Notes: generated from the sequence alone by a model not told the origin. A stretch of DNA of 64,000 nt from a bacterium (GCA_963674595.2 CAXXFV010000004.1:288001-352000); one strand, 5' to 3'. Shown: positions 9,995-23,158, counted from the first letter of the stretch. Made by a program: numbers and translations.

Positions 9995-11161
9995 ATGAAT
10001 TTCTCAATCTCTAAAAATGAATTTTATGAAGCGCTTCATAAAATTGTTGGAGTCGTTCCGCAAAAAACTACAATGTCAATCCTGACCTCAATTCTTTTTG
10101 AATTGGAAGGAAATGAATTGAAAATGACAGGTTCTGATTTAGAGATTTCAGTTTCACTGTCATTAAATGTTACGGCAAATGAATCAGGCTCTGCTGCAAT
10201 TCCAGCTAAATTATTGTTAGAGATTGTTAGAGAACTTCCTAATGTATCACTCAATATATTTTCTGATAAGAATGACAAGGTTACTATTAAAACAGAAAAA
10301 GGTGAATATAAAATAGCCACCTTACCCAAGGAAGATTTTCCGCATATTAACTTTGAAGAAAGTCATTTGAATTTTGAGCTGAGTAGTGATATTTTCTCTC
10401 AAATGACAAATAAAACTATTTTTGCTGTTTCTAATGATGAATTAAGACCGGCATTAACCGGTATATATATGGAAATTGAACCTTCTCTATTAAGGTTTGT
10501 AAGTACGGATGGCCACAGACTTTCTCGTTATATTTACAAATCGTTTGCTTCCGGAGATAACGTTAAACAAAATTTAATAGTTCCTACAAAAGCTTTAAAT
10601 TTGGCCCTTAGAAATATAAAATCCGATCAGGATATTAATATACAAATTGGTGATGATCATATTATTTTTCAATTAGACAGTGCTGTCATATATTCAAAAT
10701 TAATCAACGGAACCTATCCGGATTATGAAAGAGTTATCCCCTCTGAAAATGATAAAAATCTTATTGTAAACAGGGATTTGCTTTTATCTACGCTTCGTAG
10801 AATTTCAATTTTTTCAAATTCTATTACAAATCAGGTTCGTGTTTCCCTTTCACAGGATGAAATGATGATCCATTCAGAAGATATTGAATTTGGAGCTGAG
10901 GGTCGTGAAACAATTCAGGTTGATTATGCTGGTGACTCTATGCAAATTGCATATAATTCACTATATCTTATGGATATTTTAAAGCATTTGGATTCAGAAG
11001 ATGTTAAATTTGAATTAAAAGACAGCGAACATGCTGCTATACTCAAGCCATCAGAAACAGACAGTGCTCAAGATATTACAATGCTTCTCATGCCGATAAG
11101 AATATCAGAAGAACCAAAGGCTAATAATTCAGAATCGGATCGTGATGTTGATTATGAATAA
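9995..11161 (+). CDS. dnaN: DNA polymerase III beta sliding clamp
   Basis: SDLE, RPALTG, STDGHRL, YPDYERVIP, LLMPIR; start placed at ATG 9995 behind GGAGG. Confidence 0.97.
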   Translation: MNFSISKNEFYEALHKIVGVVPQKTTMSILTSILFELEGNELKMTGSDLEISVSLSLNVTANESGSAAIPAKLLLEIVRELPNVSLNIFSDKNDKVTIKTEKGEYKIATLPKEDFPHINFEESHLNFELSSDIFSQMTNKTIFAVSNDELRPALTGIYMEIEPSLLRFVSTDGHRLSRYIYKSFASGDNVKQNLIVPTKALNLALRNIKSDQDINIQIGDDHIIFQLDSAVIYSKLINGTYPDYERVIPSENDKNLIVNRDLLLSTLRRISIFSNSITNQVRVSLSQDEMMIHSEDIEFGAEGRETIQVDYAGDSMQIAYNSLYLMDILKHLDSEDVKFELKDSEHAAILKPSETDSAQDITMLLMPIRISEEPKANNSESDRDVDYE

Positions 11162-11166
11162 ATTCT

Positions 11167-12287
11167 ATGATCATTGAACAATTAGATATTAATTCTTTTC
11201 GTAATTATCAAAATTTACATATTCGGTTTGATAAGCAACTAAATTTTATTTTTGGGGACAATGCTCAAGGTAAAACAAATTTACTTGAGGCTATATATAT
11301 TTTATGTTTGGCTCGATCTTTTCGTTCAAAAGACGACAGCGAACTGATACCATTAGGGGAAGAGCAATATATTCTGGATGGAAAATTTTGTAATTCCAAT
11401 GGTATAAAAAGACATGTCGGAATATCTTATTCACATTCCCGAAAAAAGAGTCTTAAAGTTGATTCGAAAAGAATTACACAATTTTCCAAATTTATTGGTC
11501 AATTTCCCGTTGTTGTTTTATCATCAAATGATTTTGACATAACCAATGGACCGCCTGCTGTCAGAAGAAGATTTTTTAATATTCTTTTATCTCAAACTTC
11601 TGCAAAATATATTAATTATTTAAAAAACTACGAACGCATTCTTAAACAACGAAATTTTATACTTTTAAATCTTTTAGTAAAAAAATACCCGAAGCTGAGC
11701 TTCAGGTGTGGGATGACCAGCTTGTAGAAATAGGTCAGCAAATAATGATATATCGTTATAATTTAGTGAATGAATTAAACGAATATATTCAAATTTATTA
11801 TAGTAAAATTGCAAATTCAGACAATAAACTCATTATAGAATACGAACCGGATGTATCTTTTGGCAATTGTAAAGATATATCAAAAAATTTTAATGAAAAA
11901 ATTTCCAAGTTGAGGTATAAAGAAAAAAAACGAGGAACAACACTTTCCGGTCCGCATCGAGACGAATTTGTTTTTAAAATTAATGATAAAGAAGTAAGAA
12001 AGTTTGGATCTCGTGGTGAGCATAAAAGTACCTTAATAAGTTTAAAAGCAGCGGAAGCATACCTTATTCAACAAAAATCAGAAATGTTTCCCATTCTTTT
12101 GTTAGATGATTTATATGCAGAGTTGGATAAAAATAGAGGAAAAAGTGTCCTTGATTTATTTGATAAAAATTGTCAGATTTTTATAACAGCCACTTCGCAT
12201 GATTTTGAAGCTGTAAAAGGCTATTATAAAAATATTAAAGAAAAGTCAACTTTTTTTATTGAATCAGGAACCGTTAAAATTGAGTAA
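11167..12287 (+). CDS. recF: DNA replication/repair protein RecF, split by a frameshift near 11660-11690
   Basis: ORF1 has FRNY, GDNAQGKTNLLEAI, GPPAVRRRF, LKQRN; ORF2 has WDDQL, GPHRD, GSRGE, LLLDDLYAELD; the second frame is open from 11646. Confidence 0.9.
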
Positions 12288-12570
12288 AAACAATACAATA
12301 TCTGTTGGAAAAGCTTTAAATGGTATATTAAAAGATCTTGGATTGCAGGGTCGCATTAACCAATATCGTGTCCTGGAAATGTGGCCCGAAATTGTAGGAG
12401 AAAATATAGCAAAATATACCAAAGCGGAACGTGTACAGGAACATATTATTTATATTAAAGTAAAGAATAATACCTGGCGTACGGAATTACAATTTCAAAA
12501 AAATATAATTTTGGAAAATATTTCCCAAAAAGTTGGAAAAGGAATTATTAAAGATATTAGATTTTATTAA
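12280..12570 (+). CDS. DUF721/DciA family protein
   Basis: WPEIVGENIAKYT, W.TEL, IKDIRF; typical recF-gyrB position; TTG start uncertain. Confidence 0.85.
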   Translation: MSKNNTISVGKALNGILKDLGLQGRINQYRVLEMWPEIVGENIAKYTKAERVQEHIIYIKVKNNTWRTELQFQKNIILENISQKVGKGIIKDIRFY

Positions 12571-14508
<1,938 letters not shown>

Positions 14509-14542
14509 GATTTTTATAAAGAAAGGCGATGTTTAAGCATTT

Positions 14543-16966
14543 ATGAATAAAGAAAATGAAAAAATAGTTCCGGTTTTTATTGAAGAGGAAATGCGGAATT
14601 CTTATATAGACTATTCCATGTCTGTTATTGTTGCTCGTGCATTACCTGACGTAAGAGATGGTTTAAAACCTGTACATCGTCGTGTATTATTTGGTATGCT
14701 GGATTTGGGATTGCGGCCGGGATCGGCTTATAAAAAAAGCGCCCGTATTGTTGGAGAAGTGTTGGGTAAATATCACCCGCATGGAGATAGTGCCGTTTAT
14801 GATACAATGGTGCGCCTGGTGCAGGATTTTTCCATGCGATATCCCCTTGTCGATGGGCAGGGAAACTTTGGATCGATAGATGGTGATGCTGCTGCTGCCA
14901 TGAGGTACACGGAAGCACGTTTGGCTGCCATTGCGGACCAGGTTTTAAGAGATATTGAAAAAGACACCGTCGATTTTATCCCTAATTTTGATGATTCTTT
15001 AAAAGAACCTTCCATACTCCCTTCATTACTACCCACTCTTTTGGTTAATGGTGCTTCCGGTATTGCAGTAGGTATGGCCACAAACATGCCGCCACATAAT
15101 TTAACAGAGGTTATCGATGCTTTGGTTGCTGTTATTGATAATCCGAAACTAACAGCTACTGGTATAAAAAAATACCTCATAGGCCCGGATTTTCCTACAG
15201 GTGCTCTTATTTACGGCGACCAGGAAATAGATTCCTACTTTAAAACGGGTCGCGGAAAACTGACAGTACGTGCCCGTGTGCATATTGAAGATATGCATGG
15301 CCAGCGTCAACGAATTATCGTTACCGAAATTCCATATCAGGTAAATAAAAGCTCACTCATTGAAAAAATTGCTTCACTTGTACGGGAAAAGAAACTTGAT
15401 GGTATATCTGAAATTCGTGACGAGTCTGATCGTGAGGGAATGAGAATTGTCTTTGAACTTAAAAAGGATGTTTCCACAGAAAAAATATTAAAGGGATTAT
15501 ATCAGCATACTCAAATGCAAACAACATTTGGTGTTATTTTACTTGCACTGGTAAATGGTGAGCCCAAAATTTTAAGCATTAAAGAAATTCTGGACGAGTT
15601 TTTAAAATTCAGACATGAAATAATTCTTCGTCGTACAAAATTTGAGTTAGATAAAGCTGAAAAAAGAGCACATATTTTGCTGGGCTTGATAATTGCGTTG
15701 GATAATATTGATGAAGTTATTGCAATTATTAAAAAGTCAAGAAATGTGGATACGGCCCGTAGTGCTTTGATGAAAAATTTCAAACTTTCTGAAATTCAGG
15801 CCCAGGCCATTTTGGATATGCGTTTACAGCGATTAACAGGACTGGAACGAAAGAAAATCCAGGATGAATATCGTGAGCTGGTAAAACTTATTAAAGAGCT
15901 AAAGGCTTTGTTGCAAAGTAAAACAAAACGAATGCAGCTTGTTAAAAAAGAATTGCTGGAATTAAAAGAACAGTTTGGTGATTCGAGAAAAACGCAAATA
16001 ATCAGCAAAACAGGTAAGAATGTTGTTAAAGAATTAATGCAGGAAGAAGAATCTATAATAATATCTTATAATACCGGTATTATAAAACGATTTTTACTGC
16101 ATGAATTTAAGGAAAACGGAGAAAAACTGGCTTCTTCAAACAGCATCGCTGAAAGTGCGTTACGGACCGCTAACAGTCATTTTTTGCTATTCTTTTCAAA
16201 TAAAGGGAATTGTTATCATTTACGAACGAGTTTTATTCCTTTAGCATCGAAAAATGAAAACGGAACCCAGGTTGAAAAATTATTACATTTGCATAATAAT
16301 GAAAAAATTATTAACATTCTTCCTACCAGTCGTTTTGAAGAAGACAAGTTTATCTTCTTTTCAACACGTGAAGGTCTGGTCAAAAAGGTCTCTCTGGCTT
16401 CATTGGCAAAACCAAAAGAAGGCGGTCAGACAGTGCTTTCATTAAAAGACAATGATGAAATGATTTCTGCTTTTCAAACAAACGGATCAAATGATATTAT
16501 TATGGCAACCTCAAATGGTATGGCCATTCGTTTTAATGAGCAGGACGTTAGAGATATGGGTTTATCTGCCGGCGGAATAAAAGGAATAACTCTGTCCAAA
16601 GATGATACTGTTGTTTCTGTTCTACCTGTTTTAATTGATAAATCATGTTTATTGACTATAACCAGTAATGGATTTGGTAAAAAGAGCGAGATTACAGAGT
16701 ATAGCACAATTAAAAGAAGTGGTAAAGGTCTTGTGAATTATAAAATGTCTGATAAAGTGGGTAAGATTATCAGTGCACATGAGGTAACAGACAAAGATCA
16801 GATTGTATTGATTACCAAAAAACAAAAATTAAAAAAGCAGAAAATTAAAGATATTAAACTGATGGGTAGAGCTACTCAAGGTACAATAATTGCAACATTA
16901 GCAAAACAAGACAGCTTTGAAAAAACAATACATTTTTCATATGAGCAAATAAAAAAGTTTAAATAA
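14543..16966 (+). CDS. gyrA: Type IIA topoisomerase A subunit (GyrA-like core; CTD lacks GyrA-box)
   Basis: [29 protein letters not shown], beta-pinwheel repeats; no QRRGGKG motif, so it may be functionally ParC. Confidence 0.85.
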   Translation: MNKENEKIVPVFIEEEMRNSYIDYSMSVIVARALPDVRDGLKPVHRRVLFGMLDLGLRPGSAYKKSARIVGEVLGKYHPHGDSAVYDTMVRLVQDFSMRYPLVDGQGNFGSIDGDAAAAMRYTEARLAAIADQVLRDIEKDTVDFIPNFDDSLKEPSILPSLLPTLLVNGASGIAVGMATNMPPHNLTEVIDALVAVIDNPKLTATGIKKYLIGPDFPTGALIYGDQEIDSYFKTGRGKLTVRARVHIEDMHGQRQRIIVTEIPYQVNKSSLIEKIASLVREKKLDGISEIRDESDREGMRIVFELKKDVSTEKILKGLYQHTQMQTTFGVILLALVNGEPKILSIKEILDEFLKFRHEIILRRTKFELDKAEKRAHILLGLIIALDNIDEVIAIIKKSRNVDTARSALMKNFKLSEIQAQAILDMRLQRLTGLERKKIQDEYRELVKLIKELKALLQSKTKRMQLVKKELLELKEQFGDSRKTQIISKTGKNVVKELMQEEESIIISYNTGIIKRFLLHEFKENGEKLASSNSIAESALRTANSHFLLFFSNKGNCYHLRTSFIPLASKNENGTQVEKLLHLHNNEKIINILPTSRFEEDKFIFFSTREGLVKKVSLASLAKPKEGGQTVLSLKDNDEMISAFQTNGSNDIIMATSNGMAIRFNEQDVRDMGLSAGGIKGITLSKDDTVVSVLPVLIDKSCLLTITSNGFGKKSEITEYSTIKRSGKGLVNYKMSDKVGKIISAHEVTDKDQIVLITKKQKLKKQKIKDIKLMGRATQGTIIATLAKQDSFEKTIHFSYEQIKKFK

Positions 16967-17016
16967 CAGCATCTTTTGTTAGAGCATAAGTTAGCATAAT
17001 TAAAAGGATTTAAGAG

Positions 17017-18159
17017 TTGGCGTTGTTGGGCATCGAAGAAGGGCTAAAAAGCCGGGTTCATGATTTTTATCAACTATGTGTTGATGGTCATGAAGTTGTT
17101 ACTTGCAGGCATCTACTGGAGAAAGATGTACCACAGTATGTCAAAAGTAGCTTTATATCTTTTGCTCGTAGACGTTTAAAAGAATTGTCCCCGATCACAT
17201 GGAATTATAAAAAAGCCTTTGATTTTAATGATCCCGAATTAAAGGATTCCATCGAGCAGTTAACCAATGTTCTGCAGATGAATATCCATTTTACCAAAAA
17301 AGACGTTGAACTATGCATTAACAATGCTGTAAAAATTAGATTTGAGTTTATATTAAGGCCACAAAAGGCTATTGAAGCTTTTTTTATTAATAAAAAAAAT
17401 CAAATTGATAAAGAAATTATCATACGATCCATAGAAAAATTTGGGTCAAATATTCCTTTTATGGAAAAACTAGGCGAAAAACTAGAAAAATATCCTCAAA
17501 AGACTTTAGACTATGACCAATATCTGTTTTTTTCACGGGAAATTAAAAAAGAATTATATAGTAATGTCCACAAAGAGCTGTTTAAAGAGTTTGATTTATT
17601 ACTCGATATGTCTTATGTTAACGGTAAGGTAGGCCCAAAAGCTTTAGAGTTTCACCTTGTTGAAGAATTTTTAGGCTGTCGGGGATTAGAAAATATTCAA
17701 AACCTTGTTCATAATAAAGTTGAAAAAGGTAAAGAAGTCTGGTATAAACAGGATATTATCGATTTAATTTCTTTGGTTTTTAACATTCCAAGTTCTAAAA
17801 TCAGCCAACAATCCCTGGCAAAAGAAAACATTTACCCGAAAATTATTTTTTCGGATGATAAATTTTTGAAAATTCAGAGACAAAAAATTGAACATCAACC
17901 ACCGGGGCCTTATCCTTCAATATATGACTATATTGATCGTAAAGACTGGAAAATATTTGTCAGAAAGTTGTTCAAAAAAGATGAAAAAGAGTTTAAAAAT
18001 TTCATTAATCGAATTGACAAAATTACAAAGTGGCGCGATGCCAAACAAATTATAGATTGGGAACTGGAAAAGAGACAGGTAGATTTTTATTCAAGGGAAG
18101 CAGTTCGCCTGGGAGATGTAATTTTTGCAAAATATTTCTCAAAAGGTGTATATGTATAA
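17017..18159 (+). CDS. Hypothetical protein
   Basis: 380-aa ORF co-oriented with gyrA; helical C-terminal domain FVRKLFKKDEKEF...W.DA...DFYSREAV. Confidence 0.7.
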   Translation: MALLGIEEGLKSRVHDFYQLCVDGHEVVTCRHLLEKDVPQYVKSSFISFARRRLKELSPITWNYKKAFDFNDPELKDSIEQLTNVLQMNIHFTKKDVELCINNAVKIRFEFILRPQKAIEAFFINKKNQIDKEIIIRSIEKFGSNIPFMEKLGEKLEKYPQKTLDYDQYLFFSREIKKELYSNVHKELFKEFDLLLDMSYVNGKVGPKALEFHLVEEFLGCRGLENIQNLVHNKVEKGKEVWYKQDIIDLISLVFNIPSSKISQQSLAKENIYPKIIFSDDKFLKIQRQKIEHQPPGPYPSIYDYIDRKDWKIFVRKLFKKDEKEFKNFINRIDKITKWRDAKQIIDWELEKRQVDFYSREAVRLGDVIFAKYFSKGVYV

Positions 18160-18186
18160 TATTTTATCAAAATGGGAGATTTTACA

Positions 18187-18948
18187 ATGAAAGTATTTAA
18201 AGTTAGTCTTTCATTTTTGTTTATTATTGTTTTAACGATTGCAATTTTTGCTTTTACTGCTGAACAAACTGAAGGACAAAAAGGGTTGGTAACCTTTGTG
18301 GAGGGTGCGGCAAAGAAGCAAAAACTTGAAGAAACGAAATGGTCGAATGTTTTCAAGGACACGGAAGTAATCGGCGGAGAACGTGTAAGAACCTTTAGTC
18401 AATCCAGAGCAGAATTGGAACTTGCTCAATTGGATAAAATTCGCATGGCTCCAAAAACCACAATTGATATATTAAAACTGTATCAGGAAACCAAGGATAA
18501 CGTACAAGAATCGAAAATTGTATTACAAAAAGGTGATTTGTGGGCCAATGTTGCCAAAAAGCCCGGTAATATGAAATTTTCAATTGGTACACCGGTTGCC
18601 GCTGCCGCTATTACGGGTACAACATTACGTGTTAATGTTGGGGCCGATTCTTCTGCAGAACTTAAAGTTTATAATGGTGAAGTGATATTAACCAATGCGC
18701 CTGAATCGCAAACGGTTGTTCCCAAGTCAATTCAGCCTTATGAGATTGAGGGCCCTCATGAAATAGCCGGTCCCCATGAAGTTTCAATGGAAGAGTGGTC
18801 ACTTATTGTAAAAAGTATGCAAAAAGTGAGAGTTGATAAAGACGGTAACGTTTTGTATTCGGGTCAGTTTTCTAAAAAAGATGATGATGAGAAAACATCG
18901 TGGGTTAAGTGGAACCAGCAAAGAGATAAAGAGTCGGGAATACACTAA
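18187..18948 (+). CDS. Exported FecR-domain protein
   Basis: Signal peptide, VTFVEG, ERVRTFSQSRAEL, TPVAAAAITGT, LKVYNGEV; start set at MKVFK behind GGAG. Confidence 0.75.
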   Translation: MKVFKVSLSFLFIIVLTIAIFAFTAEQTEGQKGLVTFVEGAAKKQKLEETKWSNVFKDTEVIGGERVRTFSQSRAELELAQLDKIRMAPKTTIDILKLYQETKDNVQESKIVLQKGDLWANVAKKPGNMKFSIGTPVAAAAITGTTLRVNVGADSSAELKVYNGEVILTNAPESQTVVPKSIQPYEIEGPHEIAGPHEVSMEEWSLIVKSMQKVRVDKDGNVLYSGQFSKKDDDEKTSWVKWNQQRDKESGIH

Positions 18949-21593
18949 AAAGAGTGACCGGCGGTAATATAATATCTTTCTCTATCATTACTGCATTTAC
19001 CATATGTGACGGATAGCGGACCAAATGGCGTTTCAAAGGAAAGCGAAATTCCTCTGGCGCTGATAAAATCTTCTGCTTTGATTTCCACAATATCGTTCCA
19101 AATGGATCCGAAATCATATCTTAATGATAAATATGTTTTAAAAAAGCCTCTTATGGGTTGATAATATCTATATTCCAGGCTTGTAAGCAGCATATGCCTG
19201 CCGTATAACTCACCTTCCCGAAGTCCCAAAAATGAATCTTTTCCCCCTTCCCGAAATTGTTCCGAAAAAGGTGTTGTTAAATCAGCAATTCCCCAGTTAA
19301 TCTTTGTTGATAAGGTATGTCTTTTGAATAAAGTATAATAGTTTGTCAGCTTGTTTTGAAATTTGAAAAAAGATATATCTGCACCAAGAAATGTTCCTGA
19401 AGAAATTTCATAAAAGAATTCATGATAACTGCCGAACCGGGTAAAAGGAATTTGGTCCCGGGTATCCACAATTGATCTAAATCCAATCGTGTTTACGGCA
19501 AGTTTTCCGGGATCATATCCAATACCGGAAATAGTGCGAATATCTATTTTTTCTAATCGTAAAAATGCGGAAACCGTACCAAATCTTTCAATTTGTCGTC
19601 CCAAGGTCATAATCGTGCCCGTCGAACGTCTTTCATATTCTCCGGTACCTTGAAAATTTTGATAAGCATAATGTTTATTTTGGTTGTGATGAACTTTAAT
19701 GCTTGATGTAAAATAGGATTTAAAAATTCTGTCTGCCCGCAGTTGTGTAAATAATCCCAAATCACGGCTGCCATACAGAGAATGGAATGTTAAGTCGTTA
19801 CCTGTACCAAAGATATTCTCGTCACCTATTTCTGCAAATATTTTTGTTCTTTGTTCACGATTATAGTTTGCACCAAGTCTGAAAATGAGGGAAGGTTTTT
19901 CCTGCAAGTTTATATTGATATGGTGCGAATTATTTATATTGTTTACATTAATCCAAACCGAATTAAATAAGCCTGAACCATAAATATTTTTTATGCCTTT
20001 ATTTGCCAGATCCCATTTAAATATGGTTCCGGTTTTTAGTAACAGATCGCGGGTTATGACAAAATCCTTGGTCTTTTTATTTCCAATCAGGGATATTTTT
20101 TCAATTTTTCCTTCAAATATTAATATTTTTACATTTTTTTCTTTTTCAAAAAATTGAACGTCTGCAATCTCTGCAAGTGAATAACCATTATTTCTGTAAT
20201 AATGGATCAGACTGTCAAGACTATCATTAAGGTTATAATAATTTAAATGTTTTGATTCCATATTGTTAAAATAATGTGTTATAAGGGAATCGGGAAAGAT
20301 AGAATAACCAGAGATATCAAATTTTTCAGGGATAAATGTGGGTTCAAGTATATAATTTAATTCAGAGTCATCATTTTCTAACCGGCTTATTTCTGCATAA
20401 AGATTATTATAGGTTCCGGTTTTAAACAAATCTCCAAGGGTTCTTTTAATGTCGTTTTCAGAAATATATAAATTACCGGTTGTATCTATAAATGTAAAAT
20501 GTTCAGGTTCAGCGATATTTTTTATATTTACTTTTTTAATATACCAGGATTCGCTTTTTTCTGAACTATTTTTTCGATTTATCATTTTTTTTATTATATC
20601 AATCTGTTCAAGTGTTTTCTTTTGACCCTCCTGATAAAATTTTTCCAGGCCATCATAATCTGATGATGTGCTCTTGAAATTTTTCAAAGAAATAACCACG
20701 TCTGCCAGGTTTCTTTGTTCTTCATTGTGCTTTATTTGCATTATTGAAGTGACCTGATCGGCAATTTCCCAGGGGGCCTGTATATTAGATTTTTCTCTCA
20801 AGGGAGATGTGGTATCAACAGCAATAACAATATCCACATCGCTGTTTTTGGTTTCCATTACAGGTATATTATCAAGTATCCCGCCATCTATATAAATTGT
20901 CGAATCAATTTCAATGGGAGTAAATAATAATGGAACAGCCGCTGAAGCACGGATAATTTCAGTCAGGTTTCCTTGTTCAAAAATCATCTTTTTACCGGAA
21001 AGTAAATCTGTTGCCACTATTTTTAGGGGCGGATGCAGTTGTGAAAAATCATTTGAATGATAAGGTGCATTTAAAATAAGTTCTGTCAGGATATCGTTTA
21101 ACTTTTGTCCGGGTGTCCAGGCTTCGGGTATGGCAATTTGAAAATTATCAATTCGAAAATGAATAAGCGACCGCCCCCGTTTTTGCTTTTCTCCCAATAA
21201 TAATGAAGACCTGGCCGGTGAATCGTTAAGAATTTGTTCAAGATTAATTTCATTTACAATTTTCCAAAGCTGGTCTGATGTATATCCGGACGAATAAAGC
21301 CCGCCGATTATTGCCCCTACACTGGTACCGATGATATAATCGATTGGGATGTTATTTTCTTCCAATACTTTGAGGACACCAATATGCGCAATGCCCCGAA
21401 CACCTCCACCGCTTAAAGCTAAGCCGATTTTAGGCTTTTTAATTTCCTGCATTGGAAAATAATGAGAGTGGTTGGAATTATCTAAATCTAGTTGTATTTT
21501 TTTTAAAATTTCTGTTTCTTGTGAAATACAAATTGATGAGAAAAAGAAAGAAATAAATAAAACCAAATATAATTTTAGTCTGAAAAAAAACAT
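18945..21593 (-). CDS. Patatin-like phospholipase with POTRA and Omp85-type barrel (PlpD-like)
   Basis: LSGGGVRG, GTSVG, DGG; POTRA GNKKTKDFVITR; C-terminal TPFGPL...AGHSF; start uncertain. Confidence 0.88.
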   Translation of the reverse strand: MFFFRLKLYLVLFISFFFSSICISQETEILKKIQLDLDNSNHSHYFPMQEIKKPKIGLALSGGGVRGIAHIGVLKVLEENNIPIDYIIGTSVGAIIGGLYSSGYTSDQLWKIVNEINLEQILNDSPARSSLLLGEKQKRGRSLIHFRIDNFQIAIPEAWTPGQKLNDILTELILNAPYHSNDFSQLHPPLKIVATDLLSGKKMIFEQGNLTEIIRASAAVPLLFTPIEIDSTIYIDGGILDNIPVMETKNSDVDIVIAVDTTSPLREKSNIQAPWEIADQVTSIMQIKHNEEQRNLADVVISLKNFKSTSSDYDGLEKFYQEGQKKTLEQIDIIKKMINRKNSSEKSESWYIKKVNIKNIAEPEHFTFIDTTGNLYISENDIKRTLGDLFKTGTYNNLYAEISRLENDDSELNYILEPTFIPEKFDISGYSIFPDSLITHYFNNMESKHLNYYNLNDSLDSLIHYYRNNGYSLAEIADVQFFEKEKNVKILIFEGKIEKISLIGNKKTKDFVITRDLLLKTGTIFKWDLANKGIKNIYGSGLFNSVWINVNNINNSHHININLQEKPSLIFRLGANYNREQRTKIFAEIGDENIFGTGNDLTFHSLYGSRDLGLFTQLRADRIFKSYFTSSIKVHHNQNKHYAYQNFQGTGEYERRSTGTIMTLGRQIERFGTVSAFLRLEKIDIRTISGIGYDPGKLAVNTIGFRSIVDTRDQIPFTRFGSYHEFFYEISSGTFLGADISFFKFQNKLTNYYTLFKRHTLSTKINWGIADLTTPFSEQFREGGKDSFLGLREGELYGRHMLLTSLEYRYYQPIRGFFKTYLSLRYDFGSIWNDIVEIKAEDFISARGISLSFETPFGPLSVTYGKCSNDRERYYITAGHSF

Positions 21594-21602
21594 AATTTTA
21601 TA

Positions 21603-22133
21603 ATGAGAAATATTACAATACAACTTAATTATTCCGCTTTTTTTACTGTTTTAACAGCTGTGGGAGCTTTTATTAAAATACCATTTATACCGGTTCCGTT
21701 TACATTACAAACGTTTTTTACAATAATGGCCGGTTTTTTTCTTATTCCTCGATATGCTGTTCTTTGTCAACTTTGCTACTTGCTGATAGGTTTGATTGGG
21801 TTACCGGTTTTTTCTCATGGAGGAGGAATAGGTTATATTACACAGCCGACTTTTGGTTATTTGCTGGGATTGCCTTTAGCTGCAATGATAATTGCCAAAT
21901 TTAAAAGAAAAGATTTATTATATAATATATTTCTTTCCTTTTTAGGGGCTATAACGATTCTTGTTATCGGCAGTTTGTGGCTTGTATTAGCAATAAAGTT
22001 CTTTTACCATTCCAACCTTCCAATGATGAAAACTTTTTATTCAGGCTTTGTTGTCTTTTTACCGGCAGAATTTATTAAAGCTTTTACAGCATCATATATT
22101 TATTTCAAAATGAAAAAAAGATTGAATATATAA
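21603..22133 (+). CDS. bioY: Biotin transporter BioY
   Basis: VPFTLQTF, YLLIGLIGLPVFSHGGG, PTFGYLLG. Confidence 0.93.
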   Translation: MRNITIQLNYSAFFTVLTAVGAFIKIPFIPVPFTLQTFFTIMAGFFLIPRYAVLCQLCYLLIGLIGLPVFSHGGGIGYITQPTFGYLLGLPLAAMIIAKFKRKDLLYNIFLSFLGAITILVIGSLWLVLAIKFFYHSNLPMMKTFYSGFVVFLPAEFIKAFTASYIYFKMKKRLNI

Positions 22134-23108
22134 TTAAATTCGGGGTGCATTTTCTACAATATCTTGCATTATTTTTATATTGCCCACACTGTCATCAATC
22201 GACAAATATGGATTTCGGTTTTCGATTATAGCATTCGTAAAATCAATAACTTCCAAAGCATGACCGGTTTTTTCGGCATGAACTGAAATGATCTCCTGTT
22301 TGTGGTCGTTGGAAATATATGTTATATCCATATTACCGGTGCGGACCTGAAAAGGTTCCATAAATGTTAAACGTCCATTGTCACCAATTATTGAAGCAAA
22401 TGAACCGGTAGAGGTAAATGAACAATAAAACTGTGCTGTTTGCTGCGGCCCAAAGATTAATGTGGCTGTTGTTTCGATATCAACCTGGTTATGGTTGTCT
22501 TTAACAAATGCTTTCCATTCAACCGGTTCCTTTTGATATAAAGACCGGCAATAATTCAGACAATAACAGCCAATATCTCCCATGGCGCCGGGTCCCAAGC
22601 CGGGGATTAATCTTATATCATTCGGGTTTTTTTGCGGCGCGCATCGTGAAACCTGGATGTTCTTTATGGACCCAATCATATCTGATGTACATATTTCAAA
22701 AACCTTTTGAAAGTAAGGATGATAACGATACATAAATCCTTCCATTACAAAAAGGTTATATTTTTCTGATAATTCTTTTATTTCCAGTAAATCATCCAAA
22801 GTTGTTGTAATTGCTTTTTCACAAAGTACGTGCTTTCCTTGTTCAAGGCATTTTTTAATCCATTCATGGTGCATTCCATTTGGAAGTGAGATGTAAACGG
22901 CATCTACATTTGGATCATCAACAAGCTGCTGATAATTTCCATAATATTTTTCAAAGCCATTTTGCGCTGCATAGGTTTTTGCCTTGTCCTCATCTCTGCT
23001 TGCAACAGCATAAAGATTACTTTTTGCATAGTCTTTTATTGGTCCGACAAGTTGTCTGTTAATTCGGGCCGTTGACAGCATCCCCCAATTTATACTTTGT
23101 TTCGACAT
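22134..23108 (-). CDS. Gfo/Idh/MocA family oxidoreductase
   Basis: WGMLSTARI, AVYISLPNGMH, HVLCEK, EGFMYRYHP, DIGCY. Confidence 0.9.
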   Translation of the reverse strand: MSKQSINWGMLSTARINRQLVGPIKDYAKSNLYAVASRDEDKAKTYAAQNGFEKYYGNYQQLVDDPNVDAVYISLPNGMHHEWIKKCLEQGKHVLCEKAITTTLDDLLEIKELSEKYNLFVMEGFMYRYHPYFQKVFEICTSDMIGSIKNIQVSRCAPQKNPNDIRLIPGLGPGAMGDIGCYCLNYCRSLYQKEPVEWKAFVKDNHNQVDIETTATLIFGPQQTAQFYCSFTSTGSFASIIGDNGRLTFMEPFQVRTGNMDITYISNDHKQEIISVHAEKTGHALEVIDFTNAIIENRNPYLSIDDSVGNIKIMQDIVENAPRI

Positions 23109-23158
23109 TAAATTTTTTCCTTTTTTGGAAAATTTCTGAACTAAAAATGCAAGTGCGT

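Noticed and set aside
11670-11700. Programmed -1 frameshift in recF at the A7 run
   Set aside because: No evident stimulatory structure, no known precedent for recF, and other indels in the window point to sequencing error
14770-14810. Quinolone-resistance substitution in GyrA QRDR
   Set aside because: HGDSAVYD keeps Ser83 and Asp87 equivalents
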